Both the position numbers and the translations under genes were made by a program. A stretch of 61,670 nt of DNA, the filler included. It is 8 parts of 8 records of this genome, joined end to end, with 100 filler letters (N's around TTAATTAATTAA, not from the genome) between each part and the next. Parts side by side here need not be neighbours in the genome. Positions count along the whole stretch, not along the records: positions 27,816 to 35,872 come from SRR31147125_93963; positions 35,973 to 42,404 come from SRR31147125_94279; positions 42,505 to 48,447 come from SRR31147125_94442; 5 more parts are not named here. One strand, 5' to 3'. This document shows positions 32,455-43,252 of this stretch, in pieces. Each line of letters opens with the position of its first letter. Position 1 is the first letter of the stretch. A model generated the notes under the pieces. It was not told where the DNA came from, searched no databases, and saw only the letters and a program-made list of their open reading frames with translations.

Positions 32455-34101
32455 ATGACCGATATTAAAACCGATATTCTGATCATCGGCAGCGGCGTGG
32501 CTGGGTTGATGTTCGCTCTCAAGGTGGCCGAGCACGGTACGGTCGCACTGGTCACCAAGAAAGCCGCCATGGACAGCAATACCAATTTGGCTCAGGGTGG
32601 TATCGCGACGGTGTTTGGAGAGACGGACAGTTTCGATCTCCATATCCGGGATACGCTCGATTCCGGCGACGGTCTGTGTAATCAGGATGTTGTGGAGATG
32701 GTCGTCAAGGGCGGCCCCGAGCGCATCAACGAGCTGATCGACATGGGGGTGCGCTTTAATTTGCAAAGCGGCAAAGGCGGTAAAGAAGGTCGACCAGCGG
32801 CATTCGATCTGGGGCGCGAAGGCGGCCATTCCCAAAACCGAATTGTCCATGCCCACGACATGACCGGTAAAGAGGTGGAGCAGGTCCTGGTCGATCAGGT
32901 GCGCAATCATCCCAATATCCAACTCTATGAGGACCATATCGCCGTTGATTTGATCACTCACTCCACGCGTATCAGGCGAGGTCTGGTCACCACAACCCAC
33001 GAAGATTTTTGCTGTGGCGCCTATGTGGTCGACCGGAGCACGCGGCAGGTGAAAACCTTTGCGGCCCACATTACGTTGTTGGCCACCGGTGGTGCCGGCA
33101 AGGTTTACCTCTACACCAGCAACCCGGACATTGCCACCGGCGACGGCATCGCCATGGCCTACCGGGCCGGCGCCACGGTTGCCAATCTGGAGTTCGTCCA
33201 ATTCCATCCCACCTGTCTCTATCACTCCGAGGCCAAGAATTTTTTGATTTCGGAAGTCGTCCGCGGAGAGGGGGGCGTGCTCATCGATGCCGGTGGACGG
33301 GCCTTTATGGGTGACTATGATCCTCAGAAGGATTTGGCCTGTCGTGATGTTGTGGCCCGCGCTATCGACACCGAGTTGAAGAAGAGCGGTGACGATTCGG
33401 TCTTTCTCGACATCACCCGACAACCAGCCGGTGAGGTGCGTGAACGTTTTCCCAACATCCACGCCAAATGCCTCAGCCTGGGCATCGATATGACCAAAAC
33501 TCCGATCCCGGTGGTGCCGGCCGCCCACTATTTGTGTGGCGGTGTTGTCACCGACATCCACGGACGTACGGATGTTTTGAACCTCTATGCGGTCGGCGAG
33601 ACGGCCTGCACCGGACTGCATGGTGCCAACCGGCTGGCCAGCAATTCGCTGCTCGAAGCATTGGTCTACGCGGATGCTGCCGCCAAGGAGGTGATCAGGC
33701 AATTGAAAGTGAACTCTTTCAATCCGTTGCCCGAACCGCCGGCCTGGGACGATGTAGGAACGAGCAACAGTGATGAGATGATCGTGATCACCCACAACTG
33801 GGACGAGATCCGACGGTTAATGTGGAACTATGTGGGGATCGTCCGCTCGGACAAACGGCTCGAGCGTGCCCAGCGCCGCATCGCCATCATCCAGAGCGAG
33901 ATTCAAGACTACTACTGGCACTTTAAAGTGGTGCCCGATTTAATCGAGTTGCGCAATATCGCCACTGTGGCGGAACTGATCATCAAGTGCGCCAGTCACC
34001 GAAAGGAGAGTCGGGGGCTGCATTACAATCTCGAGTATCCGCAGCGTAACGACCGGCGCTGGCAAAAGGATACGGTTTTGAGAAGACAGGTCGTAAACTG
34101 A
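32455..34101 (+). CDS. nadB: L-aspartate oxidase
   Basis: GSG.AG, AQGGIA, REGGHS..RI.H, QFHPT, GLHGANRLASNSLLE, ESRGLH. Confidence 0.96.
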   Translation: MTDIKTDILIIGSGVAGLMFALKVAEHGTVALVTKKAAMDSNTNLAQGGIATVFGETDSFDLHIRDTLDSGDGLCNQDVVEMVVKGGPERINELIDMGVRFNLQSGKGGKEGRPAAFDLGREGGHSQNRIVHAHDMTGKEVEQVLVDQVRNHPNIQLYEDHIAVDLITHSTRIRRGLVTTTHEDFCCGAYVVDRSTRQVKTFAAHITLLATGGAGKVYLYTSNPDIATGDGIAMAYRAGATVANLEFVQFHPTCLYHSEAKNFLISEVVRGEGGVLIDAGGRAFMGDYDPQKDLACRDVVARAIDTELKKSGDDSVFLDITRQPAGEVRERFPNIHAKCLSLGIDMTKTPIPVVPAAHYLCGGVVTDIHGRTDVLNLYAVGETACTGLHGANRLASNSLLEALVYADAAAKEVIRQLKVNSFNPLPEPPAWDDVGTSNSDEMIVITHNWDEIRRLMWNYVGIVRSDKRLERAQRRIAIIQSEIQDYYWHFKVVPDLIELRNIATVAELIIKCASHRKESRGLHYNLEYPQRNDRRWQKDTVLRRQVVN

Positions 34102-34231
34102 ACCTAACTGACGATAGAAATCTCTATACTACAGAAAGACTGAAAGCGGGTTCGATAAGGTCGATAGAATGCCCATCAAACCACAGTCTACAGCCTTCAG
34201 CCTAAACACCTAAAGAAGCGCGAGGTGCGGA

Positions 34232-35710
34232 ATGAAGAAAATATTTTTAAAGTCTACCATACTGTTCTCATTGCTTTTTGCGACAGTCCTGTTTTCCGGC
34301 TGCGGGGGAGCGCCACTGAAAGTAGAGCCGGCCGACAAGGGCGGCAACCCAAGCGAGATGGTGGCCCGGCTGGGAAGCGACTTAAAGGAGGCAAAAGCTG
34401 ACCAAGTGGATGTGTTGTCACCCACCTGGTATGCCCGTGCAGTCTCTTCCCACGCCAGTGCCAAACAGGGGCTTGAGAAGGGTGTCGAATTGTCGAAGAT
34501 ACTGGACAATATCGCCAAAGGACGCGCTGAGCTACAGCAGGCCGGCGTAGTGGCCCTGCGCTCGCGTGATCAATTGTCCGATGCGATAGCTGGTCGCAAA
34601 GCTGCGCAAGCTGTCAACGCACAGCAGTTCACGAAAGCCTATGCCGATGTAGAGAACGATTTCTTAAAGCTCACCAAGGCGATGGACGACAGTGATTTCA
34701 GCTATGCCCGCAGTCGCCAGAAAGCAGTGGGCGACCGTTATCGCGAACTTGAGCTGCGCGCTATCAGTAATGCTGCGGTGGGCGATGTTCGTCAACTGAT
34801 GGCCAAAGCGGAGCAGATGAAAGTCGACAAGATCGCCCCCAAATCTTACACCGAAGCCAAACAGTCGCTTGCCGAGGCGGAGGCTTTTATCAGCGGAAAC
34901 CGCTACGATCAAAAGATGATCCGGAAAAGGGCTGCCGATGCGCGCTTCATGACGGAGCGAGCCATGGTCATTGCGGAATCCGTACGCCGGATCGAAGATA
35001 TGCCACCGGAAGAGATCTCCCTGTGGATAGAATCGTTTCTCTCCGAGACCCGTTCAAAATTGAACCTGACGGATCAACGCAATGCCGCTTTCAATAAGCA
35101 GCAAACCGGTATCCTGAGTGCCATCGGGGGGCTTCAGAAAGAGTTCGCTTCGGCCTCCAGCAGCATTCAAGAGAAAAACAAAATGATCCGGCGCCTCAGC
35201 GATCGGCTGGCGGAAGTAGAGGGAACCTCTCAGCGGGTCAAATACGATAAGGAGCGCCTGGCCGAGGAGAAGCGCTTCAACGAGCAGTTCGTTATTGTCC
35301 AGGGCTATTTTACGCCTGAAGAGGCCGAGGTCTATAAGAAGTATAATCAGTTGACCATCCGCCTCAAGGGGATTCAGTTCCCCGTCGGACAGGCTGTCAT
35401 CGTGCCTTCCAACTACGACTTGTTGACCAAAGTCCAGAAGGCGATCGTCACCTTCGGACAGCCCGATGTGGTAATTGAGGGTCATACTGACAGCACCGGA
35501 TCACAGGAGAAAAACCAGGCGCTGTCCGAACAGCGGGCCCAATCGGTGCGACAGTACCTGGTGGCCAACGGCACGCTGCCCTCGAAAAAGATCACAGCGG
35601 TGGGATATGGCTTCTCCAAGCCGATCGCACCCAACGAGACTGTCGAAGGCAGAGCACAGAACAGACGTATCGACCTCATTATCAACCCGGAGATGAAGCG
35701 GACAAAATAG
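34232..35710 (+). CDS. Lipoprotein with coiled coil and C-terminal OmpA domain
   Basis: Lipobox FSGC; EGHTDS.G...N..LSE.RA, NRRID. Confidence 0.9.
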   Translation: MKKIFLKSTILFSLLFATVLFSGCGGAPLKVEPADKGGNPSEMVARLGSDLKEAKADQVDVLSPTWYARAVSSHASAKQGLEKGVELSKILDNIAKGRAELQQAGVVALRSRDQLSDAIAGRKAAQAVNAQQFTKAYADVENDFLKLTKAMDDSDFSYARSRQKAVGDRYRELELRAISNAAVGDVRQLMAKAEQMKVDKIAPKSYTEAKQSLAEAEAFISGNRYDQKMIRKRAADARFMTERAMVIAESVRRIEDMPPEEISLWIESFLSETRSKLNLTDQRNAAFNKQQTGILSAIGGLQKEFASASSSIQEKNKMIRRLSDRLAEVEGTSQRVKYDKERLAEEKRFNEQFVIVQGYFTPEEAEVYKKYNQLTIRLKGIQFPVGQAVIVPSNYDLLTKVQKAIVTFGQPDVVIEGHTDSTGSQEKNQALSEQRAQSVRQYLVANGTLPSKKITAVGYGFSKPIAPNETVEGRAQNRRIDLIINPEMKRTK

Positions 35711-35872
35711 ACCCGTCCGGATCCTTCGCAAAAAAGACAGACGGATTGCCAGATGATTATGGGCATACATTTCGGTAGACCGCAGTGTATGCCCTCCCCC
35801 AATGCCGCATTCGGCGGCTCCCCAGTGCGCCGCTGGATAAAGCCTCTTGCCGTTCAGACCCACCTTATTTCG

Positions 35873-35972
35873 NNNNNNNNNNNNNNNNNNNNNNNNNNNN
35901 NNNNNNNNNNNNNNNNTTAATTAATTAANNNNNNNNNNNNNNNNNNNNNNNNNNNNNNNNNNNNNNNNNNNN
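35873..35972. other. Artificial contig linker
   Basis: N-run with TTAATTAATTAA. Confidence 0.99.
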
Positions 35973-36794
35973 TTCGGCTTTGCCAAGGCCGGGATCATGC
36001 CCCTTCACAACTGGCTGCCCTCGGCCATGGTGGCCCCGACCCCGGTATCGGCCCTGCTCCACGCCGTGGTGGTGGTCAAGGTCGGGGTGTTCTCCATTTC
36101 CAGGGTCATGCTTTCGGTATTTGGCACGGCCATGCTCACGGACATGGGACTTGGAATTATCACCGCCTATATTGTTTCATTCACCATTATAGCCGCCTCC
36201 CTTCTGGCCATTGTCCAGACCAACCTCAAGGCCCGGCTTGCTTACTCCACCATCAGCCAGCTCTCCTATATCGTCCTTGGAGTGGCCCTGCTGACCCCCA
36301 CGGGGATCACCGGCGGACTCATCCACATTGCCAACCACGCCTTTGCCAAGATCACCCTGTTTTTTGCGGCAGGGGCCATTTTCGTGGCCACAGGGAAAAA
36401 GGACATCAAGGAACTCAAAGGCACGGGTTACACCATGCCCGCCACCATTTTCGCCTTTGGCCTGGCCTCCCTTTCCATGATCGGGGTGCCGCCGGTCTCC
36501 GGCTTTGTGACCAAATGGTTCCTGGCCCTTGGCACCATGGACATCCACCATACCGCCCTTTTAGTGGTGCTGCTGGCAAGTTCCCTGCTCAATGCCGGCT
36601 ATTTTGTGCCCATACTGGTCCAGGCCTATTCCGGCCGGGAGGAGACCATGGGTGCCCCTGGGTTTAAAAACCTGGAACAACAAAGCCTGATCCGGTTCAT
36701 GGTGGTGCCCCTGGTGATTACGGCCCTGTTCAGCCTGGGGCTCGGTGTGGTTCCCGGACCCTTGCTGGCCCTTATCAAAACGCTGGTGAACTAA
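35973..36794 (+). CDS. MrpD/NuoL-like antiporter subunit, 5' truncated
   Basis: P.H.WLP.AMVAPTPVSALLH, LAYST.SQL, HAFAK. Confidence 0.88.
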   Translation, partial: FGFAKAGIMPLHNWLPSAMVAPTPVSALLHAVVVVKVGVFSISRVMLSVFGTAMLTDMGLGIITAYIVSFTIIAASLLAIVQTNLKARLAYSTISQLSYIVLGVALLTPTGITGGLIHIANHAFAKITLFFAAGAIFVATGKKDIKELKGTGYTMPATIFAFGLASLSMIGVPPVSGFVTKWFLALGTMDIHHTALLVVLLASSLLNAGYFVPILVQAYSGREETMGAPGFKNLEQQSLIRFMVVPLVITALFSLGLGVVPGPLLALIKTLVN

Positions 36795-36809
36795 TAGGCA
36801 TCAATAAAT

Positions 36810-37067
36810 ATGAGGATGATTATGATGACACGTATATTGATCTACCTGAGGCAGCACACCACTGCCCTCACGTATATATTTTTCCTTGGCTGTGCTGCTG
36901 CCGTGGTATTTGACTGTTTTGCCGGCCGCCACCACGCCCATTTCTGGGGAGACGGCATCAGGGGCTTTTGGGCCTTGTTCGCCTTTTTCGGCTGCCTCTT
37001 TATGATCGCCCTGTTCAAGGGTATTTACCATGTCTGGCTAATGAAGGAACCTGAATATTATGATTGA
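36810..37067 (+). CDS. Small membrane protein of the Mrp/Nuo cluster
   Basis: Two TM helices; GF.A.F.F.GC ... E.YY pattern; overlaps the next start. Confidence 0.7.
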   Translation: MRMIMMTRILIYLRQHTTALTYIFFLGCAAAVVFDCFAGRHHAHFWGDGIRGFWALFAFFGCLFMIALFKGIYHVWLMKEPEYYD

Positions 37068-38862
37068 TTCTTTTATTTCATTATTCGCCCATCCGGCCTC
37101 TCTTTTTATTGCCGCAGCCGTTTTGGCCCCGCTGCTCAAAAAAATGGGCCTGATCCGCCTTGTTTTTCCGGTCATTCCCCTGGCCGCACTGGCCCTGATC
37201 TACGCCCTGCCCAACCCCGGAATTTTCGGGCAGGTCTCATGGCTGGGATTTGACCTGACCTTTGGCCGGCTGGACAAATTAAGCTTTGTCTTTCTCCATG
37301 TCTTTTTGATCATGGCATTTATCGGTGCCATATACGGACTCAAGGTAAAACAGGCCGGGCAGAAGGCCGCAGGATTTCTCTATGTGGCAGGGGCCCTTGG
37401 CACCACCCTGGCCGGCGATTATCTGACAGTCTTTATTTTCTGGGAACTCATGGCTTTTTCCTCGGTGTTTTTGATCTGGTACAGCCCCCGACCCAAGGCG
37501 CAGGGGGCGGGATTCCGTTATCTGCTCATCCATACTCTGGGCGGACTTTTGCTGCTGGGCGGGATCATGCTTCGCTACCAGGCCACAGGCGATCTTGGGT
37601 TTGAACGGCTTGATCCTTTAGGGGCCGGCCTTGCCGAATACCTGATCATGGTGGGCTTTATCCTCAATGCGGCCGTACCGCCCCTGCATGCCTGGCTGGC
37701 CGATGCCTATCCCGAGGCCACGGTATCCGGCGCGGTTTTCATGTGCGCCTTTACCACCAAAACCGCTGTGTATGTCCTGGCCCGGGCCTTTCCCGGATTT
37801 GGGGCCCTGACCATTTTAGGGGCCATAATGACCCTTTACGGGGTCTTTTATGCGGTCATTGAAAATGATGCCAGACGGATATTGGCCTACCATATCATCT
37901 CCCAGGTGGGATACATGGTCTGCGCCGTGGGCATTGGAACGAAACTGGCCATCAACGGGGCCTGCGCCCATGCCTATGCCCATATTCTTTACAAGGCCCT
38001 GCTCTTCATGGGGGCCGGCGCCGTCCTCCAGATGACGGGCAGATCCAAACTCAACGAACTTGGCGGTCTTTACAAATATATGCCCTGGGCATTTTTCTTC
38101 ACCTGTATCGGCGGGATTTCCATTTCCGGATTTCCCCTGACCTCGGGCTTTATTTCCAAATCAATGATCATTGCAGCGGCAGGGGAGAATCACCAGCCCG
38201 TGATCATGCTCATGCTCACCCTGGCTGCCGTGGGTACCTTTTTATCCGTGGGCATCAAGCTGCCCTATTTTATCTGGTTCAGCAAAGAAAAAGAGTATGG
38301 GCCAGAAGTTAAGGAGGCGGGCTGGCACATGAACCTGGCCATGGCCATTGCCGCCTTTTTCTGTATCTTTCTGGGGACGGGACCGGGATACAAGGCCCTG
38401 TATGCCCTGCTGCCCTATGCCACCGACTACCACCCCTATACGGCATACCATCTGTCTGAAACCCTGCAATTGCTCTGCTTTACAGGGTTGGGATTTTATC
38501 TTTTAAGAAAACGGGCCACCCCAAAGGACAAGGTGGCCCTGGACATCGACTGGCTTTACCGCAAAGGCACCCCCGTATTCATCACCTGGGTGCAAAAAAT
38601 TCTTGGCAGTGCCGACCGCTGGACCAGTTCTGTCTGGAAGCGCTTGGGCCTTGCCATGACAAGGGCCATTGCAAAAGGCTTTACCCGGTTCGACATTGAC
38701 GGCATTGACTGGGCCATTGACGGTAGTGCAAAATCCGTAATAAACGGTGCGGATCAACTGCGCCGGGTCCAGACCGGAAAAATCCAGCATTATATCGGCG
38801 CCGGGGTGATCTGTCTGTTCACCGTAATCCTCCTTGCCCTGATGTTGAAAACAGGAGTGTAA
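37060..38862 (+). CDS. Na+/H+ antiporter subunit D (MrpD-like)
   Basis: WELMA, PPLHAWL.DAYPEAT, FTTK, HILYK.LLFM. Confidence 0.88.
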   Translation: MIDSFISLFAHPASLFIAAAVLAPLLKKMGLIRLVFPVIPLAALALIYALPNPGIFGQVSWLGFDLTFGRLDKLSFVFLHVFLIMAFIGAIYGLKVKQAGQKAAGFLYVAGALGTTLAGDYLTVFIFWELMAFSSVFLIWYSPRPKAQGAGFRYLLIHTLGGLLLLGGIMLRYQATGDLGFERLDPLGAGLAEYLIMVGFILNAAVPPLHAWLADAYPEATVSGAVFMCAFTTKTAVYVLARAFPGFGALTILGAIMTLYGVFYAVIENDARRILAYHIISQVGYMVCAVGIGTKLAINGACAHAYAHILYKALLFMGAGAVLQMTGRSKLNELGGLYKYMPWAFFFTCIGGISISGFPLTSGFISKSMIIAAAGENHQPVIMLMLTLAAVGTFLSVGIKLPYFIWFSKEKEYGPEVKEAGWHMNLAMAIAAFFCIFLGTGPGYKALYALLPYATDYHPYTAYHLSETLQLLCFTGLGFYLLRKRATPKDKVALDIDWLYRKGTPVFITWVQKILGSADRWTSSVWKRLGLAMTRAIAKGFTRFDIDGIDWAIDGSAKSVINGADQLRRVQTGKIQHYIGAGVICLFTVILLALMLKTGV

Positions 38863-38865
38863 CCC

Positions 38866-40448
38866 ATGGACTATCTCATCTACAATACATTGGATTACCC
38901 GGTGATTTCCACGGTGCTGCTGCTGCCGCTGGCCGGGGCCATTATCACCCTTTTTCTGCCCGACGGAACCGGGAAACAGGCCTCTCTCCAGAAAATCTGG
39001 GGCACCCTGGTCACCCTGATAACCGCCGCCGCTGCCATGCCGCTTTTCTTCCGGTTTGATCCGTCAAGCCACCTCTATCAATTCGCTGAACGCCATAACT
39101 GGATCCGTGTGGTCAACCTTGAATATGTTGTGGGTGTGGACGGGATCAGCCTGCTGCTGGTCATGCTCACCGTTCTGATTATGCCCGTGGTGATCCTCTC
39201 TTCTTTTAGCTATATTGGGGAGCGCCACAAGGAATTCATCGTTTCAATCCTTTTGATGGAAACCGTGATGCTGGGGGTTTTTGTCAGTCTGAATACCATA
39301 TTGTTCTTTGTCTTCTGGGAGGCCATGCTGGTGCCCATGTACCTGCTCATTGCCGTCTGGGAGGCAAAAGAAAGGATTACGCGGCCGTTAAATTCTTTCT
39401 CTATACCCTTTTAGGCTCTGTGTTCATGGTCATCACCCTTATTTTTATTTATGTGAAGACCAACAGCTTTTTTATCCCCCAAATCATGGAGCATTCCTTT
39501 GGCCTGGAAGAACAGGTCCTTATATTCCTGGCCCTGGCCCTGGCCTTTGCCGTGAAAGTACCCATGTTTCCTTTGCATACCTGGCTGCCGGCCGCCCATG
39601 TGGAGGCACCGGCCCCGGGCTCTGTGGTCCTGGCTGCCGTACTGCTGAAAATGGGGGGATACGGTTTTCTAAGGTTCTGCATCCCCATGGCCCCTGCAGC
39701 CACCTATATCTTTGCACCGGCCTTTATCATTGTCTCGCTGATCTCTATTCTGGCCGGGGGATATCTGGCCCTGGGCCAGACCGATTTAAAAAAGCTCATT
39801 GCCTACTCCAGTGTCGGCCATATGGGATTTGTCACCCTGGGGGTCTTTGTCCTTTCGGCCACAGGAATCCAGGGGGCCATTATCCAGATGGTCAACCATG
39901 GGATCACCTCGGGCGCCCTTTTTGTCTGCGCGGGACTGCTCTATGAGCGGACCCACAGCCGGGAAATCGTTGACAATTCGGCTTTGGGCAAGGCCATGCC
40001 CATCTTTTTAAGCTTTTTTGTCCTCTTTTCCCTGTCTGCCTTCGGGTTTCCCGGAACCAACAGCTTTGTGGGGGAGATGATGATTCTGGTGGCGGCCTTC
40101 AAGGCCCACCCCCTCATCGGCGCAGCCGCCATTCCCGGGGCCGTCCTGGCGGCAGCCTATATGCTGCGGCTGACCCAGAAAATGATCTGGGACGATGATG
40201 ACGGACACGGCCATGGCAAACATGACAACGCCAAAGGCTGGGATCTCAACCCCAGGGAAATACTGACCCTGGCCTTTCTGGGCCTTTTTGTCCTCTGGAT
40301 CGGCCTTAATCCGGCCCCCCTGCTTGAGGTCACACAAACCAGTGTTGCCCACCTGGTGGACCAGTACCAGGCAGGCATTGACGCCATGCCCAAGGCCCAC
40401 CATGCCCTTATTTGGTCGTTAACCGAATTCCTAAAGGGGTTGATATAG
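38866..40448 (+). CDS. nuoM: NADH-quinone oxidoreductase subunit M (frameshift at G3 ~39359-39361)
   Basis: DGISL, FWEAML.PMY; shifted frame restores WGG.RKDYAA.KFFLYT; KVPMFPLHTWLP.AHVEAP. Confidence 0.9.
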
Positions 40449-40517
40449 TGCCCACCGAAAAGAATTCCAGGTTTTGGCTCAGGCACAATTTAACAAAATA
40501 ATGTTTAGGATCTAACC

Positions 40518-41954
40518 ATGCAATTTTTAACGGAATACATCATACTGCTCTCGGCCCTGGGCTTTTTCGCATGCGCTTTGGGGAAATTTTCGCCCAAAAC
40601 CCTTCGGCAGCTGGCCCTGGCAGCATCGGCCGCTGCCGTTGCCGCTGCTGCCGCCTCCCAGAACTATACCGGGGTTTATTTTTTTAACGCCTACAGCATT
40701 GAACCTTTTTCCCAGGTGTTCAAACTCTTGCTCTGCACGGGCCTGTTCTTTGTCGTTGCCATGAGCCCCGGGCTTTTAGGGGTCAAGGAACGGCTCAATG
40801 CGGAATATTATTTTTTCCTATTTTTAGGTCTGTTCGGCCTGGTGCTGCTGGCCAGTGCCGCTGAATTTTTAACCCTGGTGCTCTGCCTTGAAATCTCTTC
40901 TTTTTCCGTTTACGTTATCATTCCCTTCCGGCGCAAGGGAAAAGGCCTGCGGGCCCAGATGGAGGCGGCACTCAAGTATATGATGTTCGGGGCCCTGGCC
41001 ACAGGCATGACCCTATACGGGATCAGCTATGTATACGGCATCACCCACACCACCTATCTCAACGATCTGGCAAAGATCATACCCGGGCTCATCAATACCT
41101 CCCCCATGCTGGTCCTGGGGTTTACCCTGATCCTCTGCGGCATCTTTTTTAAATTGGCCATGTTTCCCCTGCATTTCTGGGCCCCGGATGTTTACCAGGG
41201 GGCGGCCAATGAGACCACAACCTTTGTGGCCACCCTTCCCAAGGTGGGCGCTGCCGTCCTTTTGCTGCGCATGGCCGTGCTGTTCGGCCAGGCCTCCGGC
41301 CTGCTCACCCTGATCATCTCGGTGCTGGCGGTATTGTCCATGACCATCGGCAACCTTTCCGCCCTGGTCCAGAATGATGTCAAGCGGCTTCTGGCCTATT
41401 CCAGTATCGCCCATGCAGGATATCTTATGGTGGGGATTGCTGCAGGAAACGGTGAAGGACTGATGGCGGTTTCCTTTTATATCACCGCCTACCTCTTTTT
41501 GAACCTTGCCTGCTTTTTTGTCATTTACCACCTGGCACCCCAGGGCAGCAATATCCGTTTCTCCGATATCCGGGGACTTTACAAACGGTCGCCGATTCTG
41601 GCTGCTGTCCTGACCGCCGGTGCTGTGGGGCTGGCGGGTATCCCGCCAACTATGGGATTCATGGGCAAATTTCTGGTATTTGTTTCTGCCGTCAGACAGG
41701 AGATGTATCCTTTGGTGATCCTGGCCGTCATCAATGCCGGGGTGTCGGCTTTTTTCTATCTCAGGCTGATACGGGCCGCCTATACAGGGGATACACAAAA
41801 GGAAATCACCCTGGACTTAAGCCCGTTTTCAAAATGCCTGGGATGCGTCCTGGTGGCCGTGATCCTGGGGATGGGACTGTTTCCCGGCCCTGCCACGGAT
41901 CTGTTTGCCCAGGCCATGAAAAACGTGGTCCCCCTTGCCGCTGCCCTGAACTGA
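40518..41954 (+). CDS. nuoN: NADH-quinone oxidoreductase subunit N
   Basis: EAALKY...GA, FKL..FP.HFWAPDVYQGA, KRLLAYSSIAHAGY. Confidence 0.9.
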   Translation: MQFLTEYIILLSALGFFACALGKFSPKTLRQLALAASAAAVAAAAASQNYTGVYFFNAYSIEPFSQVFKLLLCTGLFFVVAMSPGLLGVKERLNAEYYFFLFLGLFGLVLLASAAEFLTLVLCLEISSFSVYVIIPFRRKGKGLRAQMEAALKYMMFGALATGMTLYGISYVYGITHTTYLNDLAKIIPGLINTSPMLVLGFTLILCGIFFKLAMFPLHFWAPDVYQGAANETTTFVATLPKVGAAVLLLRMAVLFGQASGLLTLIISVLAVLSMTIGNLSALVQNDVKRLLAYSSIAHAGYLMVGIAAGNGEGLMAVSFYITAYLFLNLACFFVIYHLAPQGSNIRFSDIRGLYKRSPILAAVLTAGAVGLAGIPPTMGFMGKFLVFVSAVRQEMYPLVILAVINAGVSAFFYLRLIRAAYTGDTQKEITLDLSPFSKCLGCVLVAVILGMGLFPGPATDLFAQAMKNVVPLAAALN

Positions 41955-41993
41955 TGCCCTGAACTGATGCCCTGGACTGATGACCTGAACTGG
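41942..41993 (+). repeat. 4 x 13-bp tandem repeat TGCCCTGAACTGA
   Basis: Directly visible; the first copy contains the nuoN stop codon. Confidence 0.9.
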
Positions 41994-42210
41994 GGCGCTT
42001 CCGAAAACCACCCCAAAAACCAGGCCCAAGCCGGACAATACCCGCCATGGGGCCTGGTTCACCAATCTGATGGAATAAGACGGCAACCGTCCTGAAGGCC
42101 GGGAGGGATAATGGGGTGGGAGGCAGTGGCGCAGCCCAACGCATCGTCGCCTTGGACGGCTGCGCCCGGCTGCACCTCTTATCCTGATTTATCTTTTGGA
42201 TTCGTCTTTA

Positions 42211-42404
42211 TTATTTGTCTTTTTTCTTAAGCTTGCCCGCCAGGATATGGCGCTTGCCGGCCTTGAGTTCGGTCTTTCGGATGCGGATGGATTCGGGAGT
42301 CACCTCCACCATTTCATCGTCCCGGATGAAGTGAATGGCCTCTTCCAGGGTCATGGGTTTCACCGGAGAGCAGATGGTGGCCTCATCCTTGCCCGAGGCC
42401 CGCA
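42211..42404 (-). CDS. typA: Translational GTPase TypA/BipA, C-terminal end
   Basis: RASGKDEA...P...[24 protein letters not shown]. Confidence 0.92.
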
Positions 42405-42504
42405 NNNNNNNNNNNNNNNNNNNNNNNNNNNNNNNNNNNNNNNNNNNNTTAATTAATTAANNNNNNNNNNNNNNNNNNNNNNNNNNNNNNNNNNNNNNNN
42501 NNNN
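42405..42504. other. Artificial contig linker
   Basis: N-run with TTAATTAATTAA. Confidence 0.99.
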
Positions 42505-42528
42505 AATACATAGAAAGGGGGCAGGAAT

Positions 42529-43062
42529 ATGCGCATCACTATTACGGGAAAAGGCATGGATGTGTCTGATTACTTAAAAGATCTTGCAACAAAAAAAGTG
42601 TCGAAACTAGAGAGGTATTTTAAAGAAGATACCGAAGCGCACGTAACCATGTCTGTTCAGAAATCGAGGCACATTGTGGAGGTAACTATACCGTTTGACG
42701 GAGTAGTCCTTCGTGGTGAGGAAGCAACGGGGGATATGTATGCTTCGATTGACGGAGTGCTAAAGAAGCTGGAAAAGCAGATACATAAACACAGAACTGC
42801 ACTTCGCAAAAGACTTCATGAAAGCGCATTTGACCACAGTGCCTATGAGTATCACGATGAAATGGAAGAGGAGGCTATGCCTGAAATTGTGCGTACCAAA
42901 CGCTTTGTAGTAAAGCCGATGGATCTTAAAGAAGCACAAATGCAGCTTGAACTCCTTGGACATCAGTTCTTTGTCTTCAGGAACGCAGCGACAAACGAGA
43001 TTAACGTTCTTTATAGAAGGAACGACGGAGATTTAGGATTGATTGAACCTGATTATATATAA
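42529..43062 (+). CDS. hpf: Ribosome hibernation promoting factor (long HPF/RaiA)
   Basis: DMYASID....LE.QI.K, KPM...EA..Q..LLGH.FFVF, YRR.DG. Confidence 0.95.
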   Translation: MRITITGKGMDVSDYLKDLATKKVSKLERYFKEDTEAHVTMSVQKSRHIVEVTIPFDGVVLRGEEATGDMYASIDGVLKKLEKQIHKHRTALRKRLHESAFDHSAYEYHDEMEEEAMPEIVRTKRFVVKPMDLKEAQMQLELLGHQFFVFRNAATNEINVLYRRNDGDLGLIEPDYI

Positions 43063-43073
43063 GAGGAGATGAT

Positions 43074-43105
43074 AAGAGACCGCTTAATTTAAGCGGTCTC
43101 TTTTT
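43074..43105 (+). terminator. Rho-independent terminator
   Basis: AAGAGACCGCTTA-att-TAAGCGGTCTCTT followed by a T-tract. Confidence 0.9.
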
Positions 43106-43252
43106 GTATGCGTAAATTTGATTTGAATATTCTGCGCAGACTTAGCCATGGAAATGAGAACCGTAAAGCAAGCTGCGCCTGAAAAAAACATTTGTTTTGG
43201 TTGGCCGCTATGATAGAATTAGTGTATAGAGGTTAGTTAAAGGCGGTGAAGC

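Noticed and set aside
32380-33795. 471-aa ORF antisense to nadB, and similar long shadow ORFs over recD2, the PBP and the caspase
   Set aside because: Expected antisense frames in GC-rich coding DNA, with no recognisable motifs
32245-34215. Degenerate heptamer runs flanking nadB (~32245-32280, ~34180-34215)
   Set aside because: Low-complexity intergenic repeats with no defined unit or function
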